NCBI GenBank assembly: GCA_965207415.1
Contig: CBDBMD010000003.1
Location: forward strand, 2,401,225 to 2,465,224
Length of the DNA stretch: 64,000 nt
Source: Dehalococcoidia bacterium
GTDB lineage: Bacteria > Chloroflexota > Dehalococcoidia > UBA2979
Reading direction: 5' to 3'
In this document: positions 1 to 8,817 of the stretch, in pieces
Layout of the letters: every line of letters begins with the position of its first letter
Numbering within the stretch: position 1 is the stretch's first letter
The notes under the pieces: model-generated
The model's input: the letters and a program-made list of their open reading frames with translations, nothing else
What the model was told of the DNA's origin: nothing
The model's database searches: none
Program-made: the position numbers and the translations under genes

Positions 1-1
1 C

Positions 2-1825
2 CTCGAGGCCTCGAACCTCGCGATCTGGGGCCACGGCATCGCGCAGATCGTCTACCTCGGCTACCTCACGCCGGAGCGCAACGGCTTCCAGATCAGCGGC
101 GGCGTCTGGGGCGCGTGGCCGACGAAGGACGGGCACTTCGCGATCATGACGCAGGTGCCGCGGCACTGGCAGGACTTCATGATCGGCCTCGGCGACCCCG
201 AGTGGGCGCACCATCCGATCTTCTGGAAGCTCGGCCACGCCGGCATCCGGCGCGACATCACGCCCGAGGAGGGCGAGGAGATCCAGCAGCTCCTGCGCGG
301 CCCGTTCTCGAAGCTGCTGAAGCAATGGACCAACGCCGAGCTCTGGGAGCTGTGCCGTCGCGAGCGCATCGCCTGCCAGCCGGTGCTCACGATCCCCGAG
401 GTCTGCGAGGCCGATCACCCCAACGAGCGCGACTGGCTGACCGACGCGCCCGGACCGCACCCGCCGCTCCGCGTACCCGGCCGCCCCTACCACCTCTCGA
501 AGACGCCGTGGCGGGAGCCGGGCCCACCGCCGCGCCTCGACGAGCCATCGGCAGCCGCGTGGCAGGGCGAGCACCGGCCTCCGGCCCCGCTGCGCTCGCG
601 AGCGGACGCGGTGATCGAGCCACGCAACGAAGGCCAGCCGCTGGCCGGGCTGCGCATCCTCGACCTCGGCATCGTCTGGGCCGGGCCGCAGACCGTCCGC
701 TTCCTCGCCGACTTCGGCGCGGACGTGATCAAGCTCACGACCAACACGCGGCCCTGGATGTCCGGCGTGCGCGGCGGATCCGACCCCGCCGACCCGATGT
801 CGTGGGAGTGGATCCTGCGCAACCGCCGCTCCGTGAATATCGACCTGCGCCACCCGGAGGGCCCGGACCTGGTCCGCCGCCTCGCAAGCGTGTCCGACGT
901 GGTCCTCGAGAACTTCGGCTCCGGCACCGCCGAGCGGATCGGCATCGGCTACGAGGCGCTCTCGAGGGACAACCCCGGCCTCGTCATGATCTCGATGCCG
1001 CCCGCAGGCACGACCGGCCCGTGGTCGGACCTCGTCTCGTACGGCCCGACGCTGACCGGGCTCAACGGCATGAAGGCGATCAGCGGCTACCCCGAGGACG
1101 GCTCGATCTCCGAGGAAGCCGCCGAGCTGGACCCGATCGCCGCCGCCTACGGCGCGCTCGCGATCCTCGCGGCGGTGATGCACCACTGCCGCACGGGCGA
1201 GGGCCAGCACATCGAGCTGGGACAGGCGCAGGCCGGGTTTACCGGCCTCGCCGAGGGCGTGATGGAGTACACCTGGAACGGCCGCGACGTCGGCCCTGTC
1301 GGGAACACGCACCGCTTCCTCGCGCCGCACGGCATGTACCGCACGGTCGGCGAGGACGATTGGATCGCGATCGCCTGCGACGGCGACGAGCAGTGGCGCG
1401 CCCTCGCAGGCGCGGCCGGGCGGCCCGACTGGCTCGAGCGCGAGGACTTCGCCTCGCCCGAGGCGCGGCGCGCGGCGCGGCACGCGCTCGACGCCGAGCT
1501 CAACGCCTGGACGCGCGACCACGACAAGCGCGAGCTGGCGGAGCGGCTGCAGGCGGCGGGCGTACCCGCCTTCCCCGTCCTCGAGGGGATGGAGGTCATC
1601 GCCGACCCGATGCTGCGCGAGCGGCGGGCGGAGTTCGAGTTGCACCCCGACTTCACGGTGGACGAGCTGCTCAACGGTATCGCCTGGCACCTCTCGAAGA
1701 CGCGGCCCCGGCTACGCCGGCCCGCGCCCGCCTTCGGCGGGCACAACGCCGAGGTGCTCGGCGAGTACCTCGGCCTGACGGAGGCCGAGGTGCGGGCGAT
1801 GGAGGAGTCGGGCCTGCTCGCGTAG
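2..1825 (+). CDS. Family III (CaiB/BaiF-type) CoA-transferase, fused two-domain form; 5' end cut by window edge
   Basis: The frame is open from position 2, with no stop before the first Met at 146. It encodes the C-terminal part of one CoA-transferase domain, a Pro/Ala-rich linker, then a second full domain starting LAGLRILDLGIVWAGPQTVRFLADFGADVIKL. The layout matches 26633-29116. Confidence 0.8.
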   Translation, partial: LEASNLAIWGHGIAQIVYLGYLTPERNGFQISGGVWGAWPTKDGHFAIMTQVPRHWQDFMIGLGDPEWAHHPIFWKLGHAGIRRDITPEEGEEIQQLLRGPFSKLLKQWTNAELWELCRRERIACQPVLTIPEVCEADHPNERDWLTDAPGPHPPLRVPGRPYHLSKTPWREPGPPPRLDEPSAAAWQGEHRPPAPLRSRADAVIEPRNEGQPLAGLRILDLGIVWAGPQTVRFLADFGADVIKLTTNTRPWMSGVRGGSDPADPMSWEWILRNRRSVNIDLRHPEGPDLVRRLASVSDVVLENFGSGTAERIGIGYEALSRDNPGLVMISMPPAGTTGPWSDLVSYGPTLTGLNGMKAISGYPEDGSISEEAAELDPIAAAYGALAILAAVMHHCRTGEGQHIELGQAQAGFTGLAEGVMEYTWNGRDVGPVGNTHRFLAPHGMYRTVGEDDWIAIACDGDEQWRALAGAAGRPDWLEREDFASPEARRAARHALDAELNAWTRDHDKRELAERLQAAGVPAFPVLEGMEVIADPMLRERRAEFELHPDFTVDELLNGIAWHLSKTRPRLRRPAPAFGGHNAEVLGEYLGLTEAEVRAMEESGLLA

Positions 1826-1855
1826 GCACAACGAAACGACGAAGCGGAGGACGAG

Positions 1856-2647
1856 ATGAGCGACGACGGACAACTGATCATCGAGGAGCGCGACAGCATC
1901 GCGTTCGTGACCTTCAACCGGCCCGAGAAGCTCAACGCCTGGACGTTCGAGATGAGCAACGAGCTTCGCGACTACCTCTGGGGCCTCAACGAGGGCGAGT
2001 ACCGCATCCGCTGCGTCGTGATGACCGGCACGGGGCGCGCGTTCTGCTCGGGCGCGGACGTCGGCAACCTCGCGGCGCGGCAGGGCGGCGAACGGCCGCC
2101 GTGGCGGCCGCCGCACCCGGAGGCGCACATCACCGAGGCGCTGCGCCGCTGCAACGCACCGGTGATCGCCGCGATCAACGGCTACGCGCTGGGTATGGGC
2201 CTCGGCATCGCGATGTCGTGCGACATCCGGATCGCCGCCGACGACGCGCGCTTCCAGGTGGCGCAGATGAAGCGCGGCCTCACCGCCGACACGGCCCTCG
2301 CCCACTCCCTCCCCGCCGCGATCGGCGCCGAGCGGGCCATGGAGCTGATGTTCACGGCCCGCATGATCGAGGCGGAGGAGGCGGAGCGGATCGGCCTCGT
2401 GCTGAAGGTGGTGCCCGCCGACAGCCTGCTGGACGAGGCGGAGGCGCTGGCGCGCGAGATCGCGAAGAACGGCCCGCTCGGCGTCGCCGCCGCGAAGCGC
2501 ACCGTCTACCTGCGCGACGACGACGCCTTCCAGCGCGCGCACGACTTCCTCAGCCTCACGATGGACCGCCTCTTCCTCACCGAGGACGCGCGCGAGGGCA
2601 TCAGCTCCTTCGCCGAGCGCCGCGAGCCAGAGTTCCCCGGCCGCTAG
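1856..2647 (+). CDS. Enoyl-CoA hydratase/isomerase (crotonase fold)
   Basis: 263 aa with a GGAGGA RBS upstream. Crotonase signatures: VVMTGTGRAFCSGADV and AAINGYALGMGLGIAMSCDIRIA. Confidence 0.9.
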   Translation: MSDDGQLIIEERDSIAFVTFNRPEKLNAWTFEMSNELRDYLWGLNEGEYRIRCVVMTGTGRAFCSGADVGNLAARQGGERPPWRPPHPEAHITEALRRCNAPVIAAINGYALGMGLGIAMSCDIRIAADDARFQVAQMKRGLTADTALAHSLPAAIGAERAMELMFTARMIEAEEAERIGLVLKVVPADSLLDEAEALAREIAKNGPLGVAAAKRTVYLRDDDAFQRAHDFLSLTMDRLFLTEDAREGISSFAERREPEFPGR

Positions 2648-2649
2648 CA

Positions 2650-3265
2650 GCTGCCTTTCCCGTCCGGCCCCCTCCCCGTCCGGCCCCCTCTCCGTCCGGC
2701 CCCCTCTCCTGGGGGAGAGGGCGGGGGTGAGGGGGCTCGCCAGACTGACTGCCACCTCGATGGCTTGTTGCACCCCCAGGACGCTCCTGCCCGGCGGTCG
2801 TCGGACGAGCGCGCGCTACGCGCCGCTCGGCCCACCCACCCACCCCGGATTCTCTTTCATGTGGGGGGGCTTCGCCCCCCACGCCCCCCGTCGCCCCGGC
2901 GCTCATCCCGTACCGCCCGAGGGCGCTCCCTCCGGCCCCCTCTCCTGGGGGAGAGGGCGGGGGTGAGGGGCTCACCAGACTGATTGCGACCGCGATCGGG
3001 TTGTTGCGCCCCGGATTCTCTTTCATGTGGGGGGCTTCGCCCCCCACGCCCCCCGTCGCCCCGGCGCTCATCCCGTACCGCCCGAGGGCGCTCCCTCCGG
3101 CCCCCTCTCCTGAGGGAGAGGGTGGGGGTGAGGGGGCTCACCGGACTGACTGACACCTCGATCGGCTGTTACGCCCTCGAGCGCTCTTGCCCGACGGGCG
3201 TCGGAGCGGGGCTGCGCCCGCTCCCCCTCACCCCCCGCCCTCTCCCGCAAGGGGCGAGGGAGCCG
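2650..3265. repeat. Complex intergenic repeat array (REP/MITE-like hairpin elements)
   Basis: Three 16-bp tandem copies of cgtccggccccctc[ct]c lie at 2661-2708. A roughly 166-bp unit is directly repeated, with ggattctctttcatgtgggg starting at 2847 and again at 3013. The hairpin ccctctcc-N4-ggagaggg occurs at 2702-2721, 2938-2957 and 3103-3122. An inverted copy of gggagagggcgggggtgaggggg lies at about 3222-3246. A second hairpin, gtgggggg-cttc-ccccccac, occurs in both 166-bp units. The array sits between convergent genes. Confidence 0.85.
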
Positions 3266-3278
3266 CACCGGCCGCGCG

Positions 3279-4076
3279 CTAGTAGTGGATCGCGGTGCCG
3301 GAGCCGCCGCCCGTGGCGATCGCGTCGCCGTTGATTGAGATCGACTTGGGGGAGGCGAGGAAGGCGACGACGTAGGCGACCTCGCGCGCGTCGACGAGGT
3401 GGCGGATCGAGTTGCCCTCGGCGAGGCGGCGCTCGGTCTCCTCCTCCGGAACGCCCGCCTCGACACGCGAGGCGATCAGCTCGGCCGTGCGCTCGGTACG
3501 GGTGCCGCCGGGGTGGACGACGGTGACGTTGATGCCGTGCGGGCCGAGCTCGTCCGCCAGGTTCTTCGTCAGCGCGGCGACGCCGACGTTGCGGATGCTG
3601 CCCGAGGTGTTGCCGCTGCGGCGCGCGCCGAGGCCCGAGATGTTGACGATCCGCCCCCAGCCCTGCTCCCGCATGATCGGCGCCACCGCCCGCGCGCTGC
3701 GCAGGTAGCCCAGCACCTTCACCTCGATGTCCGCGCGCACGTGATCGTCGGTCAACTCGTCGAGCGGGACCGGCGGCAGCGCGCTGCCCGGCGAGGCGGC
3801 GTTGTTGACGAGGATGTCGACACGCCCGAAGGCCTCGTGCGCCGCCTGCACCATCGCCTGCACCGAGGCGTCGTCCGAGGTGTCGGCGGTCAGCGCCAGC
3901 ACTCGGCGGCCGCTCTCCGCGGCGATCTCGGCGGCGGCCGCCTCCAGCGCCTCGCGCCCGCGCGCGACGGCTGCGACGTCGGCGCCCTCGAGGGCCAGTT
4001 CGCGCGCCACCGCCTTGCCGATGCCGCGGCTCGCGCCGGTGACGATCGCGACCTTGCCCGTCAGCTCCAGGTCCAT
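3279..4076 (-). CDS. Short-chain dehydrogenase/reductase (SDR)
   Basis: The Met at 4076 is in frame inside the artefactually long 3279-6011 ORF. Starts MDLELTGKVAIVTGASRGIGKAV (TGxxxGIG) and contains NNAA. 265 aa. Confidence 0.9.
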   Translation of the reverse strand: MDLELTGKVAIVTGASRGIGKAVARELALEGADVAAVARGREALEAAAAEIAAESGRRVLALTADTSDDASVQAMVQAAHEAFGRVDILVNNAASPGSALPPVPLDELTDDHVRADIEVKVLGYLRSARAVAPIMREQGWGRIVNISGLGARRSGNTSGSIRNVGVAALTKNLADELGPHGINVTVVHPGGTRTERTAELIASRVEAGVPEEETERRLAEGNSIRHLVDAREVAYVVAFLASPKSISINGDAIATGGGSGTAIHY

Positions 4077-4199
4077 GCCGTGCCTCCCGCCTCGCGTACT
4101 CGCTCGCGCCGCCGCGCATCGTACGCCGCGCAGCGAGGGCCGGTGTATCCTCGCCGCGCGGCGGGCGGCGCGCCCGCGCAAGCGGGGAGGGCGAGGCGC

Positions 4200-5402
4200 A
4201 TGACGACGCAGACACGCGGGCGGGACGCCGTCTTCCTCTCGGGCGTGCGCAGCGGCTTCGGCAGCTTCGGCGGCTCGCTCAAGGACCTCAGCGCCACGCA
4301 GCTCGGCGCCACCATCGCGCGCGACGCGATCGCCGCCTCCGGCGCGTCCGCCGAGGACTTCGACCACGTCGTCTTCGGCAACGTGCAGCAGACCTCCTCG
4401 GACGCGATCTACCTCGCGCGCCACATCGGCCTCGAGGCGGGGCTGCCAATCGAGACGCCCGCGCTGACCGTGAACCGGCTCTGCGGCTCCGGTTTCGAGG
4501 CGATCACGCAAGGCGCACAGCAGATCATGCTCGGCCGCTCCGAGCTGGTGCTCGCCGGCGGGACCGAGTCGATGAGCCAGGCGCCGCACGTCGTGCGCGG
4601 CGCGCGCTGGGGCCTGCGCCTCGCCGCGCAGGCGGAGCTGGAGGACTCGCTCTGGGAGTGCCTCAGCGACCGCTACTGCGGCCTCTCGATGGGCGAGACG
4701 GCCGACAACCTCGCGCAGCGCTACGAGCTCGACCGCGACGAGGTAGACGAGGTCGCCCTCGGCTCGCAGCAGCGCGCCCGGCAGGCCTGGCACGACGGCG
4801 TCTTCGACGATGAGGTGACGCCGATCATGGTCGGCCGGCGCGGCCGCGAGACGGAGTTCCGCAGCGACGAGCACATCCGCGCCGACACCACCCTCGAGAC
4901 GCTCGGCGGGCTGCCGACGGTCTTCCGCGACGGCGGCGTGAGCACCGCCGGCAACTCCTCCGGCATCTGCGACGGCGCGGCGGCGCTCGTCGTGGCCAGC
5001 GAGGAGTACGCCGCGGCGAACGACCTCGAGCCAATCGGCCGGCTCCTCGGCTGGGCGGTGGCCGGTGTGGACCCGGCGCACATGGGCATCGGGCCCGCGC
5101 CCGCGATCCGCGACGTGCTGGAGCAGACCGGCCTGAGCCTCGACGACATGGACCTGATCGAGGTCAACGAGGCGTTCGCGGCGCAGTACCTCGCGGTCGA
5201 GCGAGAGCTGGGCCTCGACCGCGAGCGGACGAACGTGCACGGCGGCGCGATCGCGATCGGGCACCCGGTCGGCGCGAGCGGCGCGCGCATCACGGCGCAC
5301 CTGTTGCACGCCCTGCGCCGCGAGGGCAAGCGCTACGGCCTCGGCTCGGCCTGCATCGGCGGCGGGCAGGGCGCGGCGCTCATCGTCGAGGCGTTCAACT
5401 AG
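4200..5402 (+). CDS. Acetyl-CoA C-acyltransferase (classical thiolase)
   Basis: ATG at 4200, 400 aa. Motifs: NRLCGSG (active-site Cys), GGAIAIGHPVGASG and CIGGGQG. Confidence 0.92.
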   Translation: MTTQTRGRDAVFLSGVRSGFGSFGGSLKDLSATQLGATIARDAIAASGASAEDFDHVVFGNVQQTSSDAIYLARHIGLEAGLPIETPALTVNRLCGSGFEAITQGAQQIMLGRSELVLAGGTESMSQAPHVVRGARWGLRLAAQAELEDSLWECLSDRYCGLSMGETADNLAQRYELDRDEVDEVALGSQQRARQAWHDGVFDDEVTPIMVGRRGRETEFRSDEHIRADTTLETLGGLPTVFRDGGVSTAGNSSGICDGAAALVVASEEYAAANDLEPIGRLLGWAVAGVDPAHMGIGPAPAIRDVLEQTGLSLDDMDLIEVNEAFAAQYLAVERELGLDRERTNVHGGAIAIGHPVGASGARITAHLLHALRREGKRYGLGSACIGGGQGAALIVEAFN

Positions 5403-5439
5403 CGGCGCATCCGGCAGGTCACGTAGCAGGAGGAAGAAG

Positions 5440-6333
5440 ATGGCTGAGAGCGGCGTTCGCAGCGTCGGAGTGCTCGGCTGCGGGCAGATGGGTGGCGGCA
5501 TCGCCCAGGTCTGCGCCACGGCCGGCTTCGAGACCCATGTGCGCGAGGCCGGCGACGAGCCGCTGGAGCGCGGCATGGCCTCGATCCTTCGCGCGCTCGA
5601 CTCGGCCGCCGGGCGCGGCCGCCTGTCCGCCGAGGACCGCGCCGCCATCGAGGGGCGGCTCCACCCGACGACCGACCTCGCCGATCTCTCCGAGTGCGAC
5701 ATCGTGATCGAGGCGGTCACCGAGGACCTGGATCTCAAGTGCGCCGTCTGGCGCGAGGCGGACGCCGCCGTGCAGTCGGACGCCGTCTTCGCCTCGAACA
5801 CCTCGAGCCTGACGATCGCCGCGATGGCCGGGTCGACCGGGCGCCCGGACCGCTTCGTGGGGATGCACTTCTTCTTCCCGGTGCCGGCGATGCGGCTGGT
5901 CGAGGTGGTGCGTACCGTGACGACCTCGGACGCCGCGTTCGAGCGCGCGAAGGCGTTCGCGAGCGAGATCGGCAAGGAGCCGATCGCGGCGAAGGACCAG
6001 TCCGGCTTCACCGTGAACCTGCTGCTGGTGCCCTACCTGCTCGACGCGATCCGCGCGCTGGAGCGCGGCGTGGCGAGCACCGAGGACATCGACCGCGGGA
6101 TGCAGCTCGGCTGCGGCCACCCGATGGGGCCGCTCTCGCTCTGCGACCTCGTGGGGCTCGACGTGCTGCACCAGGTGGCCGAGTACATGTACGCGGAGCA
6201 CCGCGAGACGCGCTACGCGCCGCCGCCGCTGCTGACGCGGATGACGCTGGTGGGGCTGCAGGGCCGCAAGTCCGGCCGCGGCTTCTACGACTACTCGGCG
6301 GACCCGCCGGCGCCGCTCGGGCTGGGGGTGTAG
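5440..6333 (+). CDS. 3-hydroxyacyl/3-hydroxybutyryl-CoA dehydrogenase
   Basis: 297 aa with a GGAGGA RBS. NAD fold GVLGCGQMGGGIAQV, then FFFPVPAMRLVEVV and an HCDH C-terminal domain. Confidence 0.92.
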   Translation: MAESGVRSVGVLGCGQMGGGIAQVCATAGFETHVREAGDEPLERGMASILRALDSAAGRGRLSAEDRAAIEGRLHPTTDLADLSECDIVIEAVTEDLDLKCAVWREADAAVQSDAVFASNTSSLTIAAMAGSTGRPDRFVGMHFFFPVPAMRLVEVVRTVTTSDAAFERAKAFASEIGKEPIAAKDQSGFTVNLLLVPYLLDAIRALERGVASTEDIDRGMQLGCGHPMGPLSLCDLVGLDVLHQVAEYMYAEHRETRYAPPPLLTRMTLVGLQGRKSGRGFYDYSADPPAPLGLGV

Positions 6334-6354
6334 GGCTACGCACGCCCCGCGCCT

Positions 6355-7629
6355 TCAGCGGGCCTTGGGAGGCTCGAAGTTCAGTGGAGGCAGCCGCGAA
6401 AGGATGGCGAAGAGCAGGACGCTGAGTCCGAACGAGGAACTGAACATCACCAGCGCGAGGTCGTAGCTGCCCGTCACGTCGAAGATATAGCCGGCGACCA
6501 CCGGGCTGATGACCAGCCCCGCCTCCTCGACCACGATCATCGCGCCGAGCAGCGTGGCGAAATGGGCGAGACCGAACATCCTCGTCAATAGCATCGCTTC
6601 GATGATCGGGCCACCGCCCGTACCGCAGACCCAGAGCAACACGAACAACGTGATGCCGACCATGCCCGAGTCCAGCAGCAGGGCGATCAGCGCGCTCGCG
6701 AGACAGGCGCACATCGCGATCACCAGGTACTCGAAGCGTCGCACCCGGTCCGCGATGAGCCCGAAGGCCAGCCGCGAGCCGATCCCCAGCGCCGCCATGG
6801 CCGAGACGATCAACGCCGCATTCCCTCGCGGCACGCCGAGCGAGACGTAGAGCGGGATCTGATGCACCAGCATCCCGAACATGCCAAAGAACAGGAACGT
6901 GAACCCGATCGCGACCAGCCAGAAGTGCGGCGTTGCCAGCGCCGCCCGCAGCGTCAGCCCGCTGCGCCTCACGGCGGGCGTCTCCGTACCGGGGGGCACA
7001 GCCTCGCCGTCCGGCAGGGAGCCGACGTCCGAGGGATCATTGCGCACCAGCAGCACGCCGAGTGGCACGAACAGCGCCACGATCACGAGGCCCGAGACGA
7101 CGAACGAGACATCCCAGCCAAAAGAGTCGACTAGCACCCGCATCACCGGGACGACGACGACGCCACCGAGCGCGAATCCGGTCCCGAGGATGCTGAGCGC
7201 CATGCCGCGCCGGCGATCGAACCACCTCGACATGAGCGCCTGAAAGGGGATGAAGAACATCATCTGGCGGAACACGCCGTTGACCGCCGAGTAGGCGTAC
7301 CACTGCCACAGCTCGCTCGTCGTCGCGAGCAGGCCGTAGCTCAGCGCCGTGGTGACCGCGCCGAAGAGAATCACCTGGCGCGGCCCGCGCGCGTCGATCC
7401 AGCGCCCGGTCAGCGGACCGGACAGGCCACCTGTGAGCAGCCCCAGCGAGAGCCCGCCGGAGACCTCGCTCCGGGACCAGCCGAACTGCGACTCGAGCGG
7501 CTCGATGTAGAGGCCGAACGCCCAGAACGAGACGCCGCTGCCGAGCGCCATCGCGGCGATCGAGCCCGCCAGCAGCCACCAGCCGTAGTAGACCCGCCGC
7601 AGCCGCTGCAGCCGCCACGCGATGCTCAT
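6355..7629 (-). CDS. MFS transporter (oxalate/formate-antiporter-like)
   Basis: 424 aa, hydrophobic and multi-helix throughout, with an MFS-type N-terminus YYGWWLLAGSIAAMALGSG. Confidence 0.85.
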   Translation of the reverse strand: MSIAWRLQRLRRVYYGWWLLAGSIAAMALGSGVSFWAFGLYIEPLESQFGWSRSEVSGGLSLGLLTGGLSGPLTGRWIDARGPRQVILFGAVTTALSYGLLATTSELWQWYAYSAVNGVFRQMMFFIPFQALMSRWFDRRRGMALSILGTGFALGGVVVVPVMRVLVDSFGWDVSFVVSGLVIVALFVPLGVLLVRNDPSDVGSLPDGEAVPPGTETPAVRRSGLTLRAALATPHFWLVAIGFTFLFFGMFGMLVHQIPLYVSLGVPRGNAALIVSAMAALGIGSRLAFGLIADRVRRFEYLVIAMCACLASALIALLLDSGMVGITLFVLLWVCGTGGGPIIEAMLLTRMFGLAHFATLLGAMIVVEEAGLVISPVVAGYIFDVTGSYDLALVMFSSSFGLSVLLFAILSRLPPLNFEPPKAR

Positions 7630-7660
7630 CGCGCTCCCGTGGCGCGCCCGTGCGCGCCGG

Positions 7661-8755
7661 CTAGTCCAGTTCGAGGATCGCGCGCCCCGAGATCCCGCTC
7701 GCCTCGAGCACGTCCGTCGCCTCGCTGATGGCGTCGAGCGGGTAGCGCGCGGTCACGAGCGCGTCGAGGTCCAGTTCGCCCTCGTGGTACCAGCGCAGGA
7801 ACATCGGGAAGTCGCGGTCCGGCCGGCAGGAGCCGCCGATGCTGCCGATGTACTTCTTCTCGGCAATCAGCATGTCGCGCGCATCGAGCTCCACCGGCGT
7901 CTGCGGCACGCCGACGAGCACGGCCGTCCCGCCGCTGCTGCGGCCGATCACGCCGCCGCGCACCGCTGGCATGATCTGCTCCATCGTCTGGCGCACGCCG
8001 ATGCAGTCGAAGGCGTAGTCGACGCCCGTGACCGGCTCCCCGTTGAGCCTCAGCTGATCGGGCCGCGCCGTCAGCTCGTGGATGCGCGCGACGGGGTCGA
8101 CCTCGGAGGCGTTGACGCCGATCGTCGCGCCGAAACGCCTCGCGAAGTCCAGCTTCTCCTCGTTGAGATCGACGGCGATGATCGGGTCCGCGCCGACGAC
8201 CGCGGCGGCGGTGATCGCCGAGAGGCCGACGCCGCCGACGCCGAAGACGGCGACACTCTCGCCGCGCTTCACGCCGGCCGTGTGGTAGACGGCCCCGGCG
8301 CCGGTCATCACCGCGCAGCCGATGATCGCGGTCACGTCGGTGGGCGCGTCGTCGGGCATCGGGACGATGAACTGCTCGTCGGCGATGGTGTGGTCGGCCC
8401 AGGTGAACGTGTTCTGCGAGTAGGCGACGCTGCCGTCGCCGAGCGTGAGGCTGGCCATCTCCGGCAGCCGCGCCGCCTCGGGGTCGCGCACCACCCAGGT
8501 GACCATCACGCGGTCGCCCTCGCGGACGTGGCTCACCTCGGAGCCGACGGCGAGGACGACGCCCGTCGCCTCGTGGCCGAGCAGTTGCTGCCGCTCCCGA
8601 GGGCCATGCATCTGGTGCAGCTGGGAGTGGCAGACGCCGCTCGCGAGCTGCTTCACGACGACCTGGTGCGGCCCGGGGTCGGGCAGGTCGACCTCCTCGA
8701 TGCGCAGCGGGCCGGGGCCCTGCGGGCAGACGACGACTCGGGCTGGAGTGGGCAT
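7661..8755 (-). CDS. Zn-dependent alcohol dehydrogenase family oxidoreductase
   Basis: 364 aa. Motifs: GVCHSQLH, GHEATGVV and a GVGGVGLSAI nucleotide fold. Confidence 0.85.
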   Translation of the reverse strand: MPTPARVVVCPQGPGPLRIEEVDLPDPGPHQVVVKQLASGVCHSQLHQMHGPRERQQLLGHEATGVVLAVGSEVSHVREGDRVMVTWVVRDPEAARLPEMASLTLGDGSVAYSQNTFTWADHTIADEQFIVPMPDDAPTDVTAIIGCAVMTGAGAVYHTAGVKRGESVAVFGVGGVGLSAITAAAVVGADPIIAVDLNEEKLDFARRFGATIGVNASEVDPVARIHELTARPDQLRLNGEPVTGVDYAFDCIGVRQTMEQIMPAVRGGVIGRSSGGTAVLVGVPQTPVELDARDMLIAEKKYIGSIGGSCRPDRDFPMFLRWYHEGELDLDALVTARYPLDAISEATDVLEASGISGRAILELD

Positions 8756-8817
8756 GTCACGCCTCCGTGCTCTTCGCGTCGGTCATGGTAGCGGTTGGCT
8801 GCAGAACGGCGTGGAGC

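Noticed and set aside
115-2730. Very long ORFs in alternative frames or strands, for example 115-2730 +, the upstream part of 3279-6011 -, 18220-20679 -, 26318-29644 -, 53362-56052 - beyond 54255, and 58788-61031 +.
   Set aside because: Their translations are Arg/Ala/Pro/Gly-rich low-complexity strings typical of off-frame reading of about 70% GC DNA. They overlap ORFs with clear family motifs and RBSs.
2650-3265. Possible CRISPR array, here and at 58086-58171.
   Set aside because: The units are contiguous or nested with no unique spacers of regular length. The repeats are degenerate and occur in both orientations. No cas genes are present.
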